Of a stretch of 64,000 bases of DNA, positions 17,477-26,627 are shown in pieces. Every line of letters starts with the position of its first letter. Position 1 is the first letter of the stretch. The notes below the pieces were generated by a model that searched no databases, was not told where the DNA came from, and saw nothing but the letters and a program-made list of their open reading frames with translations. Both the position numbers and the translations under genes were made by a program. This DNA comes from Verrucomicrobiaceae bacterium (GTDB lineage: Bacteria; Verrucomicrobiota; Verrucomicrobiia; Verrucomicrobiales; V1-33). The DNA is taken from assembly GCA_027483175.1 (NCBI GenBank), contig JAIXVE010000265.1, positions 6,530-70,529 on the forward strand. Direction: 5' to 3'.

Positions 17477-19585
17477 TCAGGGCATGCCGAGGGCTTTCCA
17501 TGCGAAGGCGTACATGTCGGCGGTTTCCTCGAGTTGTTTGGCGGTGGGTTTGCCAGCGCCGTGGCCGGCGCGGAGGTCGACGCGGAGGAGCATGGGGGCT
17601 GGGCCGGCCTGGGCCTGCTGGAGTTCGGCGGCGAATTTGAAGCTGTGGGCTGGGAAGACCCGGTCGTCGTGATCGCCGGTGAGGACCATGGTGGCTGGGT
17701 AGCGCGTGCCTTTTTTCACGTTATGGAGAGGGCTGTAGGCGAGGAGGGTGGGGAAGTCGGCGGCGTTGTCCGGGCTGCCGTATTCTTCCTGCCATGCCCA
17801 GCCGATGGTGAATTTGTGGAAGCGGAGCATGTCCATGACGCCGACGGCTGGGAGGGCGCAGCCAAATAGGTCGGGGCGCTGGAGGAGACAGGCACCGACG
17901 AGGAGACCGCCGTTGGATCCGCCGCTGATGGCGAGTCGTTCGGGTTTGGTCCAGCCTTCTTTGATGAGGAATTCGGCTGCGCCGATGAAGTCGTCGAAGA
18001 CGTTCTGTTTGCGGTTCTTCATGCCGGCTTCGTGCCATGCCTGGCCGAATTCGCCGCCGCCGCGGAGATTGACCTGGGCGTAGACGCCACCGGCTTCGAG
18101 CCATGCGATTCTGCTGGCGCTGAAGGTTGGGGAGAGACTGATGTTGAAGCCGCCGTAGCCGTAGAGGATGACGGGGAGGGCGGCGTTTTTGGCGGTGGAT
18201 TTCTTGTGCGTCACGAACATGGGGACGCGGGTACCGTCTTTGGAGGTGAACCAGAGTTGTTCGACGACGATGTCGGAAGTGTTGAAGGCGACCTTGGTTT
18301 CGTCGTGGAGGGAGGATTGGCCGGTGGCGGTGTTGTAGCGGTAGATGGCACCGGGGGTATCGAAGCCGGAGACGGCGAAGAAGGTTTCCTTGTCGTCGAA
18401 TTTGCCGCCGAAGCCTCCGGCGCTGCCGAAGTTAGGGAGCTTGAGGTTGTCGAGGGATTTGCCGGAGAGGTCGGCGACGGTGACATCGTCGTGGGCGTCG
18501 ACGAGACGCTGGATGAAGAGACGGCGGCCGACGATGCTGGCGGATTCGATGACGCTTTTGCCTTCGGGGACGATTTCCTGCCAGTTGGCGCGTTCGGGTT
18601 TAGCGAGGTCGATGGCGACGATGCGGCGGTTGGGTGCGTTGAGCGTGGTGAGGAAGAAGAACTTCGAGCCATCGTTGCCGAGGAAGTTCCATTCTGCTTC
18701 GAAGCCTGGGAGGAGTTCGATGACTGGGGAGTCCTGGCCTTTGGAGAGATCGCGGTAGAAGAAGCACTCCTGAGGTTTGGTGCCTTCGTGGACGAAGAGG
18801 AGGAGGTAGCGACCGTCTTCGGATTCGGCGGCATTGAGGCCCCACTTGGGGAAGTCGGGACGGGCGTAGACGAGACGGTCCTTGTCCTGGGTTTGGCCGA
18901 GGGCGTGGTAGTAGACCTTCTGGTTGTAGTTTTCGGCTTTGAGTTCCGAGCCTTTTTCGGGTTCGGCGTAGCGGCTGTAGTAGAAGCCCTTGCCGTCCTT
19001 GCTCCATGAGGGGCCGCTGAATTTGACCCAGCGGATGACGTCGGGGAGTTCCTTGCCGGCGGTGACGTCGCGGACGCGGATGGTGACCCAATCGCTGCCG
19101 GCCTCGCTGAGCGAGTAGGCGGCGAGGGCACCGTCTTCGGAGAGGTCGTAGCCGCCGAGGGCGACGGTGCCGTCCTTGCTGAGCGTGTTTGGGTCGAAGA
19201 GGACGTGGTCTGGGGCGTCCTTGCGGTCCTCGCGCCAGTAGACGACGGCCTGATTCTGGAGCCCTTGTTTTTTGCTATAGAAGAGACGACCGGCGGCGAG
19301 TTGGGGGACGCCGAGTTTATCGTAGTCCTGGAGTTCGCGGAGACGTTTGAGGAACGTGGCGCGCTGGGGGATGGCGGAGAGGTAGGCGTTGGCTAGATCG
19401 GCCTGGGCCTCGACCCATTTTCTGGTTTCGGGGCTATCGATGTCTTCCATCCAGCGGTAGGGATCCGCGACGCTGGTGCCGTGCAGGGATTCGACGAGGG
19501 CGTCGCGACGGGCTGCGGGGTACGTGAGCGGGTCGGCGGAGGCTGCGGCGGAGAAGGCCATGAGGGCGAGGGCGGCGGATTTCAT
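17477..19585 (-). CDS. Prolyl oligopeptidase (S9A), periplasmic
   Basis: The signal peptide is [25 protein letters not shown] is the N-terminal motif, [13 protein letters not shown] is the catalytic Ser motif, and ...TGDHDDRV... is present. The product is 702 aa. Confidence 0.9.
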   Translation of the reverse strand: MKSAALALMAFSAAASADPLTYPAARRDALVESLHGTSVADPYRWMEDIDSPETRKWVEAQADLANAYLSAIPQRATFLKRLRELQDYDKLGVPQLAAGRLFYSKKQGLQNQAVVYWREDRKDAPDHVLFDPNTLSKDGTVALGGYDLSEDGALAAYSLSEAGSDWVTIRVRDVTAGKELPDVIRWVKFSGPSWSKDGKGFYYSRYAEPEKGSELKAENYNQKVYYHALGQTQDKDRLVYARPDFPKWGLNAAESEDGRYLLLFVHEGTKPQECFFYRDLSKGQDSPVIELLPGFEAEWNFLGNDGSKFFFLTTLNAPNRRIVAIDLAKPERANWQEIVPEGKSVIESASIVGRRLFIQRLVDAHDDVTVADLSGKSLDNLKLPNFGSAGGFGGKFDDKETFFAVSGFDTPGAIYRYNTATGQSSLHDETKVAFNTSDIVVEQLWFTSKDGTRVPMFVTHKKSTAKNAALPVILYGYGGFNISLSPTFSASRIAWLEAGGVYAQVNLRGGGEFGQAWHEAGMKNRKQNVFDDFIGAAEFLIKEGWTKPERLAISGGSNGGLLVGACLLQRPDLFGCALPAVGVMDMLRFHKFTIGWAWQEEYGSPDNAADFPTLLAYSPLHNVKKGTRYPATMVLTGDHDDRVFPAHSFKFAAELQQAQAGPAPMLLRVDLRAGHGAGKPTAKQLEETADMYAFAWKALGMP

Positions 19586-19604
19586 GAGCGGGCGGAAGAG
19601 CGGA

Positions 19605-19647
19605 GAGGGAAAACGGCAGCGCCAGCCGAGTGGGGGCTGGCGCTGCC
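19605..19647 (-). terminator. Rho-independent terminator after the cytoplasmic cyclophilin gene
   Basis: A 14 bp stem CGGCAGCGCCAGCC/GGCTGGCGCTGCCG (19614-19647) is followed on the minus strand by TTTTCCCTCTCC. Confidence 0.7.
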
Positions 19648-19669
19648 GGGGGAAGTCAGGGAAGGCGGC

Positions 19670-20170
19670 TCAGCGGTCGAGCACGGCGTTCCACTTGGTG
19701 AGGAGGGCGGCCTGGTCGGCGAAGAGATCGTCGGTGGAGTCGAGGATGTCGATGCTGGTGATTTTGTCGCCGCCGCGGATGGCGTTGACGACGTCCTGGC
19801 CGGTGGTGACCTCACCGAAGACCGAGTGTTTGCCATCGAGCCAGTCGGTGGGGACGTGGGTGATGAAGAACTGGGAGCCGTTGGTTCCGGGGCCGGCATT
19901 GGCCATGGAGAAGATGCCGGGTTTGGTGTGTTTGAGGGACGGGTGGAATTCGTCACCGAACTTGTAGCCTGGGCCGCCGGAGCCGGTGCCGGTGGGGTCG
20001 CCGCCCTGGATCATGAAGTTGGGGATGACGCGGTGGAATTTGATGCCGTTGTAGTAGCCGCGCTTGGCGAGGTTGAGGAAGTTGGCGCAGGTCATGGGCG
20101 TCTTCGAGGCGAAGAGCGTGCCTTCGATCTGGCCCTTGTCGGTGTGAACGATGATGCGGATGTCAGTCAT
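19670..20170 (-). CDS. ppiB: Peptidyl-prolyl cis-trans isomerase, cyclophilin type (cytoplasmic)
   Basis: [25 protein letters not shown]...[16 protein letters not shown] matches the family. The product is 166 aa with no signal peptide. Confidence 0.9.
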   Translation of the reverse strand: MTDIRIIVHTDKGQIEGTLFASKTPMTCANFLNLAKRGYYNGIKFHRVIPNFMIQGGDPTGTGSGGPGYKFGDEFHPSLKHTKPGIFSMANAGPGTNGSQFFITHVPTDWLDGKHSVFGEVTTGQDVVNAIRGGDKITSIDILDSTDDLFADQAALLTKWNAVLDR

Positions 20171-20209
20171 GAAATGGGAGATTGGAAGATTTGGGGATGG
20201 GAGAGGTGA

Positions 20210-20905
20210 TTATTTTACGAGTGTGGCGGACTTGATGTAGTCGAGTTTGGGGAATTCCTTTTTGAAGTAGGTGTTGCCTTCGGTTTGGGCGCGCATCTGG
20301 TCCGGGCCGTTTCCGCGTGGGGCGCCTTCGCCGTAGCCCTTGTAGATTTTGTCGACGACGTCCATGCCTTCGGTGACTTTACCGAATGGGGAGAAGCCCA
20401 TGGAGTCGAGCTGGGTGTTGTCGCCGAAGTTGATGAAGAACTGGGTGCTGCGGGAGTTGGGGAGCCCGGTTTTGGCGAACGTGACCATGCCGCGGGTGTT
20501 GCTGGCTTTGACGGGATCGTCCTGGATGTTGGCGGTGCGCCATGCGGTGGCAATTTTTGGGTCACCGTGGATCCCGAACTGGCACATGAAGCCTTCGATG
20601 ACGCGGAAGAAGGCGACGTCGGTGAAGAAGCCGTTTTTGGCGAGATTGAAGAAGCGGTCTGCTCCGTTGGGGGAGAGGGCGCGGGTGACTTCGATGGTGA
20701 ATGAGCCGACGGTGGTATCGAATTTGACCTTGAACGAGTCGGGGGCTTTTTCGGTGAACTTGGAGGGATCGGCGAGGGAAGCGGCCGGGGCGGCTGGCTT
20801 GGCTTCCGGGGCTGGTGTCGCGGCGGCGGATTGGGCGAAGGAGGAGGAGGAGAGGCCCGCGACGAGAGCCGCGGCGAGGGATGGGAGGAGGAATCGGCGA
20901 TTCAT
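20210..20905 (-). CDS. ppiA: Peptidyl-prolyl cis-trans isomerase, cyclophilin type (exported)
   Basis: The signal peptide is MNRRFLLPSLAAALVAGLSSSSFA. FFRVIEGFMCQFG...VTFAKTGLPNSRSTQFFI matches the family. Confidence 0.88.
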   Translation of the reverse strand: MNRRFLLPSLAAALVAGLSSSSFAQSAAATPAPEAKPAAPAASLADPSKFTEKAPDSFKVKFDTTVGSFTIEVTRALSPNGADRFFNLAKNGFFTDVAFFRVIEGFMCQFGIHGDPKIATAWRTANIQDDPVKASNTRGMVTFAKTGLPNSRSTQFFINFGDNTQLDSMGFSPFGKVTEGMDVVDKIYKGYGEGAPRGNGPDQMRAQTEGNTYFKKEFPKLDYIKSATLVK

Positions 20906-21055
20906 GGAGCGCGGAGTGTGGGTGGGGTGCGTGCGGTTTCAACCGGGGAACGGAGTGGCGAGAACTGGGTGCGAGAATGATTGCCTGAGGGAGGAAAGAG
21001 AGTAACTTTGAAGGACCGTGGCCGGTCTGGTCCGGGAGAAACCGAATATATTGCC

Positions 21056-23077
21056 ATGCGACTGATTGCTTCACTGCTGATTGCCGGAACTGGGTTTGCT
21101 GCGGAACCGCTGACTGAATCGCCGAGGCCCGTGGCGGCAGGGGAGGCTGGGGCGGGGCGGATGGTGGCGGGGATTGAGGCGGCTGATGTGGATGGGCGGG
21201 TATGGAAGCTGGCGGAGGCGGCGCGTGAGGGGAAGGCGGTGGTGGTGGCGTTCAACAGTCCGACGTGTCCGTTGAGTGCGAAGATGCTGCCGAGCCTGCG
21301 GGCATTGGAGGCGGAGTATGCGGGGAAGGGCGTGGCATTTGTGTATGTGAATCCGACGGCGTCGGATAGTGCGGAGGCGATTGCGGCGGTGCGGAAGGCG
21401 CATGGGCTGGCGGGAATGTATGTTCATGACAAGACGCTGGCGGTGGCGGCGGCGTTCGGGGCGCAATCGACGACGGAGGTGTTTGTGCTGGATGCGGCGC
21501 GGACCCTGACATATCGCGGGGCGGTGGATGACCAGTATGGGATCGGGTATGCGAAGGATGCGCCGGAGCAGCGGTGGTTGCGGGATGCGATTGAGGAGAC
21601 GGTGGCGGGGAGGCGGCCGCGGGTGGCGGCGACGACGGCACCGGGTTGTGCGATTGATCTGCCGAAGGCGGAAGTGGCGGCGGGAGAGGTGACGTGGCAC
21701 GGACGGGTGTCGCGGATTCTGCAGACGAATTGTCAGGATTGCCATCGGGATGGCGGGATCGGGCCGTTTCCGCTGGTGACGATGGAGGATGCGGTGTCGC
21801 ATGCGGGGCAGATCCGGAAGGCGGTGGGGAAGGGATTGATGCCGCCGTGGTTTGCGGCGCGGGAGGCTGGGGTGGCGCACAGTCCGTTTGTGAATGACCG
21901 GAGCCTGCCGGAGCGGGACAAGGCGGATTTGCTAGCGTGGCTGGAGGGCGGGCGTGCGGCGGGAGATCCTGCGGATGCGCCGGTGGCGCGGGTGTGGGCG
22001 GATGCGGAGTGGGTGATTGGCAAGCCGGATGCGATTTATGAGATTCCGCGGGAGATTGAGGTGAAGGCGACTGGGAAGATGGGGTATGTGCATCTGATTG
22101 TTGACCCTGGGCTGACCGAGGATCGGTGGGTGAAGTCGCTGGAAGTGCTGCCGACGGCGCGGGCGCAGGTGCATCACGTGCTGGTGTTTGTGCTGTCCCA
22201 GGATGCGGATCGGCGGAAGATTGCGAACGGGGACAATTTTTTTGCGGCGTATGTGCCCGGGAGCAGCAGCATGCAATATGCGGAAGGGTATGCGAAGAAG
22301 CTGCCGAAGGGATCGAAGCTGCTGTTCCAGCTGCACTACACTCCGACGGGGCTGGCGGCGGTGGACCGGACGCGGCTGGGCGTGAAGTTTGCGGATGGTG
22401 CGCCGAAGCATGAGGTGCTGGTGGCGGCGGCGAAGAACACGAGGTTTGCGATTCCGCCGGGGGCGGCTGACCATGTGGAGCGCGGCAGGCTGGACGTGCC
22501 GCGGGATGCGGACGTTCTGGCGTTCATGCCGCACATGCATGTGCGGGGGAAGTCGTTCAAGTATGAGGTGGTGAAGCCAGGGGCGGAGAAGGCGCTGGTG
22601 CTGGATGTGCCGCGTTACGATTTCAACTGGCAGTTGCTATACCGGCTGGCGGAGCCGCTGCATCTGCCGGCGGGGAGCCGACTGGAGGTGACGGCGGCGT
22701 TCGACAACAGCACGGGGAATCCGGCGAATCCTGATCCGGCGAAGACGGTGCGCTGGGGTGAGCAGACGGATGACGAGATGCTGATCGGGTATGTGGAGTA
22801 TGTGTTTTCCGAGGAGAAGCCTGCAGTGGCGGCAGCGGCGGGAGGGTCGGCCGGGGCGAGTCCGCAGATTCAGCTTACGGGGAAGAGCATCGGGGCATTG
22901 GGCAAGCTGCTGGACAAGGACGGGGACGGGCGGGTTTCCAAGGCTGAAGCGGGGAGTGAGTACGGGGCGCTTCACGCGGTGCTTGATGGTGACGGCGACG
23001 GGTTTGTGACGGGCGAGGAAGCGCGCCGGATGATCCGCGAGAGGAAGGGATCGGGCGCGGGTGGGGCTGCGCCGTGA
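21056..23077 (+). CDS. Exported fusion protein: thioredoxin-like redoxin, CxxCH heme domain, PHM/DBH-like copper monooxygenase core and two EF-hand loops
   Basis: The ATG at 21056 gives MRLIASLLIAGTGFAAEP. The motifs are NSPTCPLS (CxxS), CQDCH (21731-21745), VHHVLVF (HH at 22172-22177), HMHVRG (22532-22540), DDEMLIGY, and DKDGDGRVSKAE plus DGDGDGFVTGEE. Confidence 0.75.
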   Translation: MRLIASLLIAGTGFAAEPLTESPRPVAAGEAGAGRMVAGIEAADVDGRVWKLAEAAREGKAVVVAFNSPTCPLSAKMLPSLRALEAEYAGKGVAFVYVNPTASDSAEAIAAVRKAHGLAGMYVHDKTLAVAAAFGAQSTTEVFVLDAARTLTYRGAVDDQYGIGYAKDAPEQRWLRDAIEETVAGRRPRVAATTAPGCAIDLPKAEVAAGEVTWHGRVSRILQTNCQDCHRDGGIGPFPLVTMEDAVSHAGQIRKAVGKGLMPPWFAAREAGVAHSPFVNDRSLPERDKADLLAWLEGGRAAGDPADAPVARVWADAEWVIGKPDAIYEIPREIEVKATGKMGYVHLIVDPGLTEDRWVKSLEVLPTARAQVHHVLVFVLSQDADRRKIANGDNFFAAYVPGSSSMQYAEGYAKKLPKGSKLLFQLHYTPTGLAAVDRTRLGVKFADGAPKHEVLVAAAKNTRFAIPPGAADHVERGRLDVPRDADVLAFMPHMHVRGKSFKYEVVKPGAEKALVLDVPRYDFNWQLLYRLAEPLHLPAGSRLEVTAAFDNSTGNPANPDPAKTVRWGEQTDDEMLIGYVEYVFSEEKPAVAAAAGGSAGASPQIQLTGKSIGALGKLLDKDGDGRVSKAEAGSEYGALHAVLDGDGDGFVTGEEARRMIRERKGSGAGGAAP

Positions 23078-23131
23078 GGGGAGGGCGGCCTCGCCCGGGG
23101 CGAATGTGCCGCCCGGAGGCGGAGGAGTAAT

Positions 23132-23207
23132 TGGTGGGCCGGACAGGAGTTGAACCTGCGACCTATCGATTATGAGTCGACTGCTCTAACCGTTGAGCTA
23201 CCAGCCC
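23132..23207 (-). tRNA. tRNA-Met (anticodon CAT), 76 nt with encoded CCA; elongator type, or possibly tRNA-Ile2 if lysidinylated
   Basis: The cloverleaf was folded by hand: acceptor GGGCTGG/CCGGCCC, D arm GCTC-AACGGTTA-GAGC, anticodon arm GTCGA-CTCATAA-TCGAT, T arm GCAGG-TTCAACT-CCTGT, then ACCA. It lacks the three G-C pairs of an initiator. Confidence 0.9.
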
Positions 23208-23256
23208 GCGGGGAAAAGGTGGCGTGGGTTGTGGATTGGTCAATCGCGGTTCTCTG

Positions 23257-23418
23257 GAAGTGAGAAGTGAGAAAGGGGGCTTGTTCGGAGATGGCGGGTA
23301 GGCGTGCTCCGCGCGCAGAGAGAGCTGTGATGGCTCACCGCAGTCCAGAGCCTGCGGCTGGCTGGGTTCGGAGGGTGGCTCGGACGGAGGGGGCGCTGAC
23401 GCGAAGGCCCGGGGCGTT
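23257..23418. repeat. Composite repeat, left copy (GAAGTGAGAA module, type A hairpin core and part of type B)
   Basis: GGAAGTGAGAAGTGAGAAAGGGGGCTTGTTCGGAG...GCGCAGAGAGAGCTGTGATGGCTCACCGCAGTCCAGAGCCTGCGGCTGG...GGACGGAGGG...CCCGGGGCGTTG is collinear with 26029-26250. Confidence 0.75.
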
Positions 23419-23426
23419 GATGAGAT

Positions 23427-26003
23427 TCAGTTGGAGTGGGATGAGAGCAGGAACGGAGGTTCGTCGGACAGTTTGATTTTTCCCGAGGCGGTGAGGATGT
23501 GCATGACTTCGGGGGTGGCGGCGCGAAGACGTGGGAGTTCCACCGACTGCCGGGATTTGGCGAGTGCTGAGGCGATCTCGGTGGAGTCGATGACGGAGAG
23601 ACCGAGAAAGAGTGGCTTATTGGAGGTGGCGATGATCGCGGCGGTTTCGGGGGTGATGGATTCGAGCATCGGGAGGGTGATGCCGCCGGAGGATTCATCG
23701 GAGACGTAGCGACGGGCGAGGTCTGGTGAGTCGAGGATGCGGAGTTTTCTGAGGCCGAAGAAGTATTTGTATCTGGAGAGGGCGATGGCGGCGTCTGTGG
23801 AGATGGTTTCGAGGGCGAAGAGCGTCCATGTGTTCTGCTGCGCGAATTTTTCGGCGAGTGGACCGGAATCGAGATCCTTGAGGGGAAGTTGGAGCGTGCC
23901 GGGGATTCTGGAGAGGTAGGCGGCGGCAGGCTGGGAGAGTTTTTCGACGGCTGGGCCTGAGAGGGAGAGGGCGGTGCCGGCGAAGCTGGAGAGAGCGGCG
24001 GCGGAGGCGTCGGGGAGATCATCGAGGCCGTTGATGGAGAGGAAGCCGTGGTATCTGGCTAGTTCGGTGGCGACTTCGGGATCGAGCGTTTGGAAGCCTG
24101 AACCGGACGAACCAAGGTCGCCGCCGAGATAGAGTTTCGGGGATTTGCTGGTACGGGTATGGCCGAGGTCATCGACGCCGCGGTTGAGGGAATCGACGAG
24201 GATGCGAGCGGCTTGGGGGGAGAGATTGCGGAGTCTGGGGAGGACGATGAAGCCGCCGCCCATGGATTGGTCTGTGGGCGTCTGGGCGAAGGCGTCGGCG
24301 GATGACTCGGGGAGGGAGGTGATGCCGAGGGTGAGTCGGAAGGTATTCCGGGCGAGGCAGCGAATGGTTTCCGGAGAGATGTTATCGAGGGACGGCAGGG
24401 AGATATCGAGCCAGCGTTTTCTGAGGAGGAGACGAAGCGTTTCTGGTGGGAGGGAGGTGAGACTTGGGAAGGAGAGATAGCCGTTTGGCAGGATGGTTTC
24501 CGAGCCGTCGGAGAGTTTCCGGACGGTATCCGGCAGGGCGCCGAGTGCGGCGGCGACCTCATCTGAGATGGAAAGGACGCTGCGGTTTACCGGGGCGAAG
24601 AGAGTGCCGTTGCTGCCGCTGGCGACCGACTTCTCGGCAAGAATCAGCGAGTCGAGAGCCTTGGCGCCGGGAAGCGAAAGCGAGGCAAGGGCGGGAAGTG
24701 CGGGCTGTGATTTTTGTTCGGTGGATGCGTCGGAGAGGATCTGTTTCTGGGTGGGAGAAAGGGTTTCGAGGTTAGGCAGGATCAGATTGGCGCGTGACTT
24801 GAGTAAGGCTTTGAAGGCTTCGTCTGAGACGGGGCCGGTGCCGACGAGGGTGAGGTTGAAGAAGGGGGCGGTTGGCGCGTTAGGATCGGGTGCGAAGGCG
24901 GCAGCGACTTCCGGAGTGATCACGGCGAGAGGCAGGATGATGCCTCCGAAGAATGAGGCGACGCCCTTGGCGCCGGGGAGGAGGGCAGCGTGTTCAGCGG
25001 AGAGTCTTTCCAGTTTGGGGAGGACGACCGAACCTGAGGTGAGTTTTGCGGCGATGGGTGTGGATTCGATGGATGCGAGGTTCGGCAGGTAGAGCGTGCC
25101 GACGGTGAGGGCGAGTTTTTCCTGCACGTCTGATGGCACGCTGGTCAGTCCGGCGAGGGTCAGGGATTTTGTGCTTCCGGCGAGGACTGCGGCGATTTCC
25201 GGGGAGATGCTTTTGAGATAGGGGAAGGAAAGGGCTCGTGGTGAGGAAACGAGTTTTTCGGCGAGTGGAATGGAATCCAGTTCTGTCAGACCGGTGAGGA
25301 CCAGTTTCGGCGGCATCTTAGCGAGGGATGCGGCGACTTCCGGGGAGAGCGAGGTCACGGAGTGAAGCCAGACGGTGGCGGCCTTTGCGGTGGACAGGGC
25401 GCTGGCGACGTCGGCTGTGAGGTTTTTCAGGCCGAGGATGAGCATTTCTCCGCGGAATTCCGCGAGTGCTGCGGCGGCGGGCGGGCTCAACTCGTGAGTC
25501 CGGCTGAGCTGCAGGATTTCCCATGGCGACTTGGCGTGGGTTTCCCTGACTAGCCGAATGGCATCCTCGACGGTGAGATTCTGTGATTCCGCTGGTGGCG
25601 CGTGCGGGAGGGGATCGGGATCGGACGTGAACGGCTGGACGGGGAGCCTGCCGTTTTGAAAGAGGTCACCTAAGGTTGGAGAGCCGGGTAGTGAAGGGTC
25701 GAGGGGGATGCTGGCGATGCGGCGACCGGCGTCGCGCTGGCGAAAGGAATCCTCGCGATCTTTCAATGAGAGGAGCGTGTTGACGGCGGTGCCGAAGGCA
25801 TTGCGAGGGCCGCCGAATGGGGCGAGGTGGCAGGCGGTGCAGCCGACTCCGGCGAGTTTCTGGTTCAGATCTGCCCTGACGTCAGGGTTGTTCACGAGGC
25901 GAACCATCTCAGTGGCGGCATCATCGAGGCCACAAATGGCGTTGGCCTTCGGGCTGATGCCGATGGTGAGGGTTCCCAGCAGGAGGATGCAGGAGGGGCG
26001 CAT
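23427..26003 (-). CDS. Exported 858 aa leucine-rich-repeat protein (RNI/CC-type-like units) with an N-terminal CxxCH motif
   Basis: The ATG at 26003 gives MRPSCILLLGTLTIGISPKANA. CTACH lies at 25827-25841. More than 20 units of roughly 22-26 aa follow, such as LHSVTSLSPEVAASLAKMPPKLV and YLKSISPEIAAVLAGSTKSLT. The 45 upstream codons of the track ORF fall in the repeat element. Confidence 0.75.
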   Translation of the reverse strand: MRPSCILLLGTLTIGISPKANAICGLDDAATEMVRLVNNPDVRADLNQKLAGVGCTACHLAPFGGPRNAFGTAVNTLLSLKDREDSFRQRDAGRRIASIPLDPSLPGSPTLGDLFQNGRLPVQPFTSDPDPLPHAPPAESQNLTVEDAIRLVRETHAKSPWEILQLSRTHELSPPAAAALAEFRGEMLILGLKNLTADVASALSTAKAATVWLHSVTSLSPEVAASLAKMPPKLVLTGLTELDSIPLAEKLVSSPRALSFPYLKSISPEIAAVLAGSTKSLTLAGLTSVPSDVQEKLALTVGTLYLPNLASIESTPIAAKLTSGSVVLPKLERLSAEHAALLPGAKGVASFFGGIILPLAVITPEVAAAFAPDPNAPTAPFFNLTLVGTGPVSDEAFKALLKSRANLILPNLETLSPTQKQILSDASTEQKSQPALPALASLSLPGAKALDSLILAEKSVASGSNGTLFAPVNRSVLSISDEVAAALGALPDTVRKLSDGSETILPNGYLSFPSLTSLPPETLRLLLRKRWLDISLPSLDNISPETIRCLARNTFRLTLGITSLPESSADAFAQTPTDQSMGGGFIVLPRLRNLSPQAARILVDSLNRGVDDLGHTRTSKSPKLYLGGDLGSSGSGFQTLDPEVATELARYHGFLSINGLDDLPDASAAALSSFAGTALSLSGPAVEKLSQPAAAYLSRIPGTLQLPLKDLDSGPLAEKFAQQNTWTLFALETISTDAAIALSRYKYFFGLRKLRILDSPDLARRYVSDESSGGITLPMLESITPETAAIIATSNKPLFLGLSVIDSTEIASALAKSRQSVELPRLRAATPEVMHILTASGKIKLSDEPPFLLSSHSN

Positions 26004-26028
26004 GAGCTTTAGTTTGCGAGCTGGGGAG

Positions 26029-26312
26029 GGAAGTTTGAAGTGAGAAGTTTGAAGTAAGAAAGGGGGCTTGTTCGGAGGAGCTTGTGGGGATGGCGTGCCG
26101 CGCGCACTCCGTGCGCAGAGAGAGCTGTGATTGCTCACAGCAGTCCAGAGCCTGCGGCGCGCGGGTAAGGAGAGGGGCTGGAACGGAGGGTGTTCCGCCC
26201 TTTCAGGGCTGGGGGTCTTTTGATGTGCGCACCCGGGGCGTTGCCCCGGTCTACGGTAGGGCGCGCCGTTGGCGCTCCCTGGCGGGCAGGCAGGCTAGAA
26301 CGGAAAAGGGGC
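26029..26312. repeat. Composite repeat, right copy (GAAGTGAGAA-like module, type A hairpins, type B unit copy 1)
   Basis: Hairpins are GCGCAC-TCC-GTGCGC (26102-26116) and GCTGTGA-TTGC-TCACAGC (26124-26141). The type B unit GCCCTTTCAGGGCTG...CCGGGGCGTTGCCCCGGTCTACGGTAGGGCGCGCCGTTGGCGCTCCCTGGCGGGCAGGCAGGCTAGAACGGA follows. Confidence 0.8.
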
Positions 26313-26508
26313 TCGCGCGAAGGCGCGGGGGGTGCGGGTCAGCGGTTGCCGCCCGTGCCGGGGCGGTGTTGTATTGTGTGTTAGACCGGCGGCTGATCTC
26401 CGTCAAGCCTTCGGCTTGGTGAGCCGGTTGGGGTGGGGCGCGGGGAGGGAGGGGCTTGTCGGGAGGGTGGCGGCGTTCGCCCGGGGCTGCGCCCCGGGAA
26501 AAGATAGG

Positions 26509-26627
26509 GCGCCCTTTCAGGGCTGCTTGTTGGGGGTGTGGTTGAACCGGGGCGTTGCCCCGGTCTACGGTAGGGCGCGCCGTTGGCGCTTCCTGGTGGG
26601 CAGGCAGGCTAGAACGGAGAGGGGGCT
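26509..26627. repeat. Type B unit, copy 2 (direct repeat of about 26196-26312)
   Basis: GCGCCCTTTCAGGGCTG...CCGGGGCGTTGCCCCGGTCTACGGTAGGGCGCGCCGTTGGCGCTTCCTGGTGGGCAGGCAGGCTAGAACGGAGAGGGGGCTC is near-identical to copy 1 over the roughly 75 nt core. Confidence 0.8.

Noticed and set aside
23078-26312. Prophage or integrative island at tRNA-Met
   Set aside because: No integrase, excisionase or phage/conjugation genes are present. The cargo is a single gene, and the flanking repeats belong to a family that also occurs elsewhere (15817, 63797). I kept it only as a lower-confidence finding about repeat-bracketed cargo.
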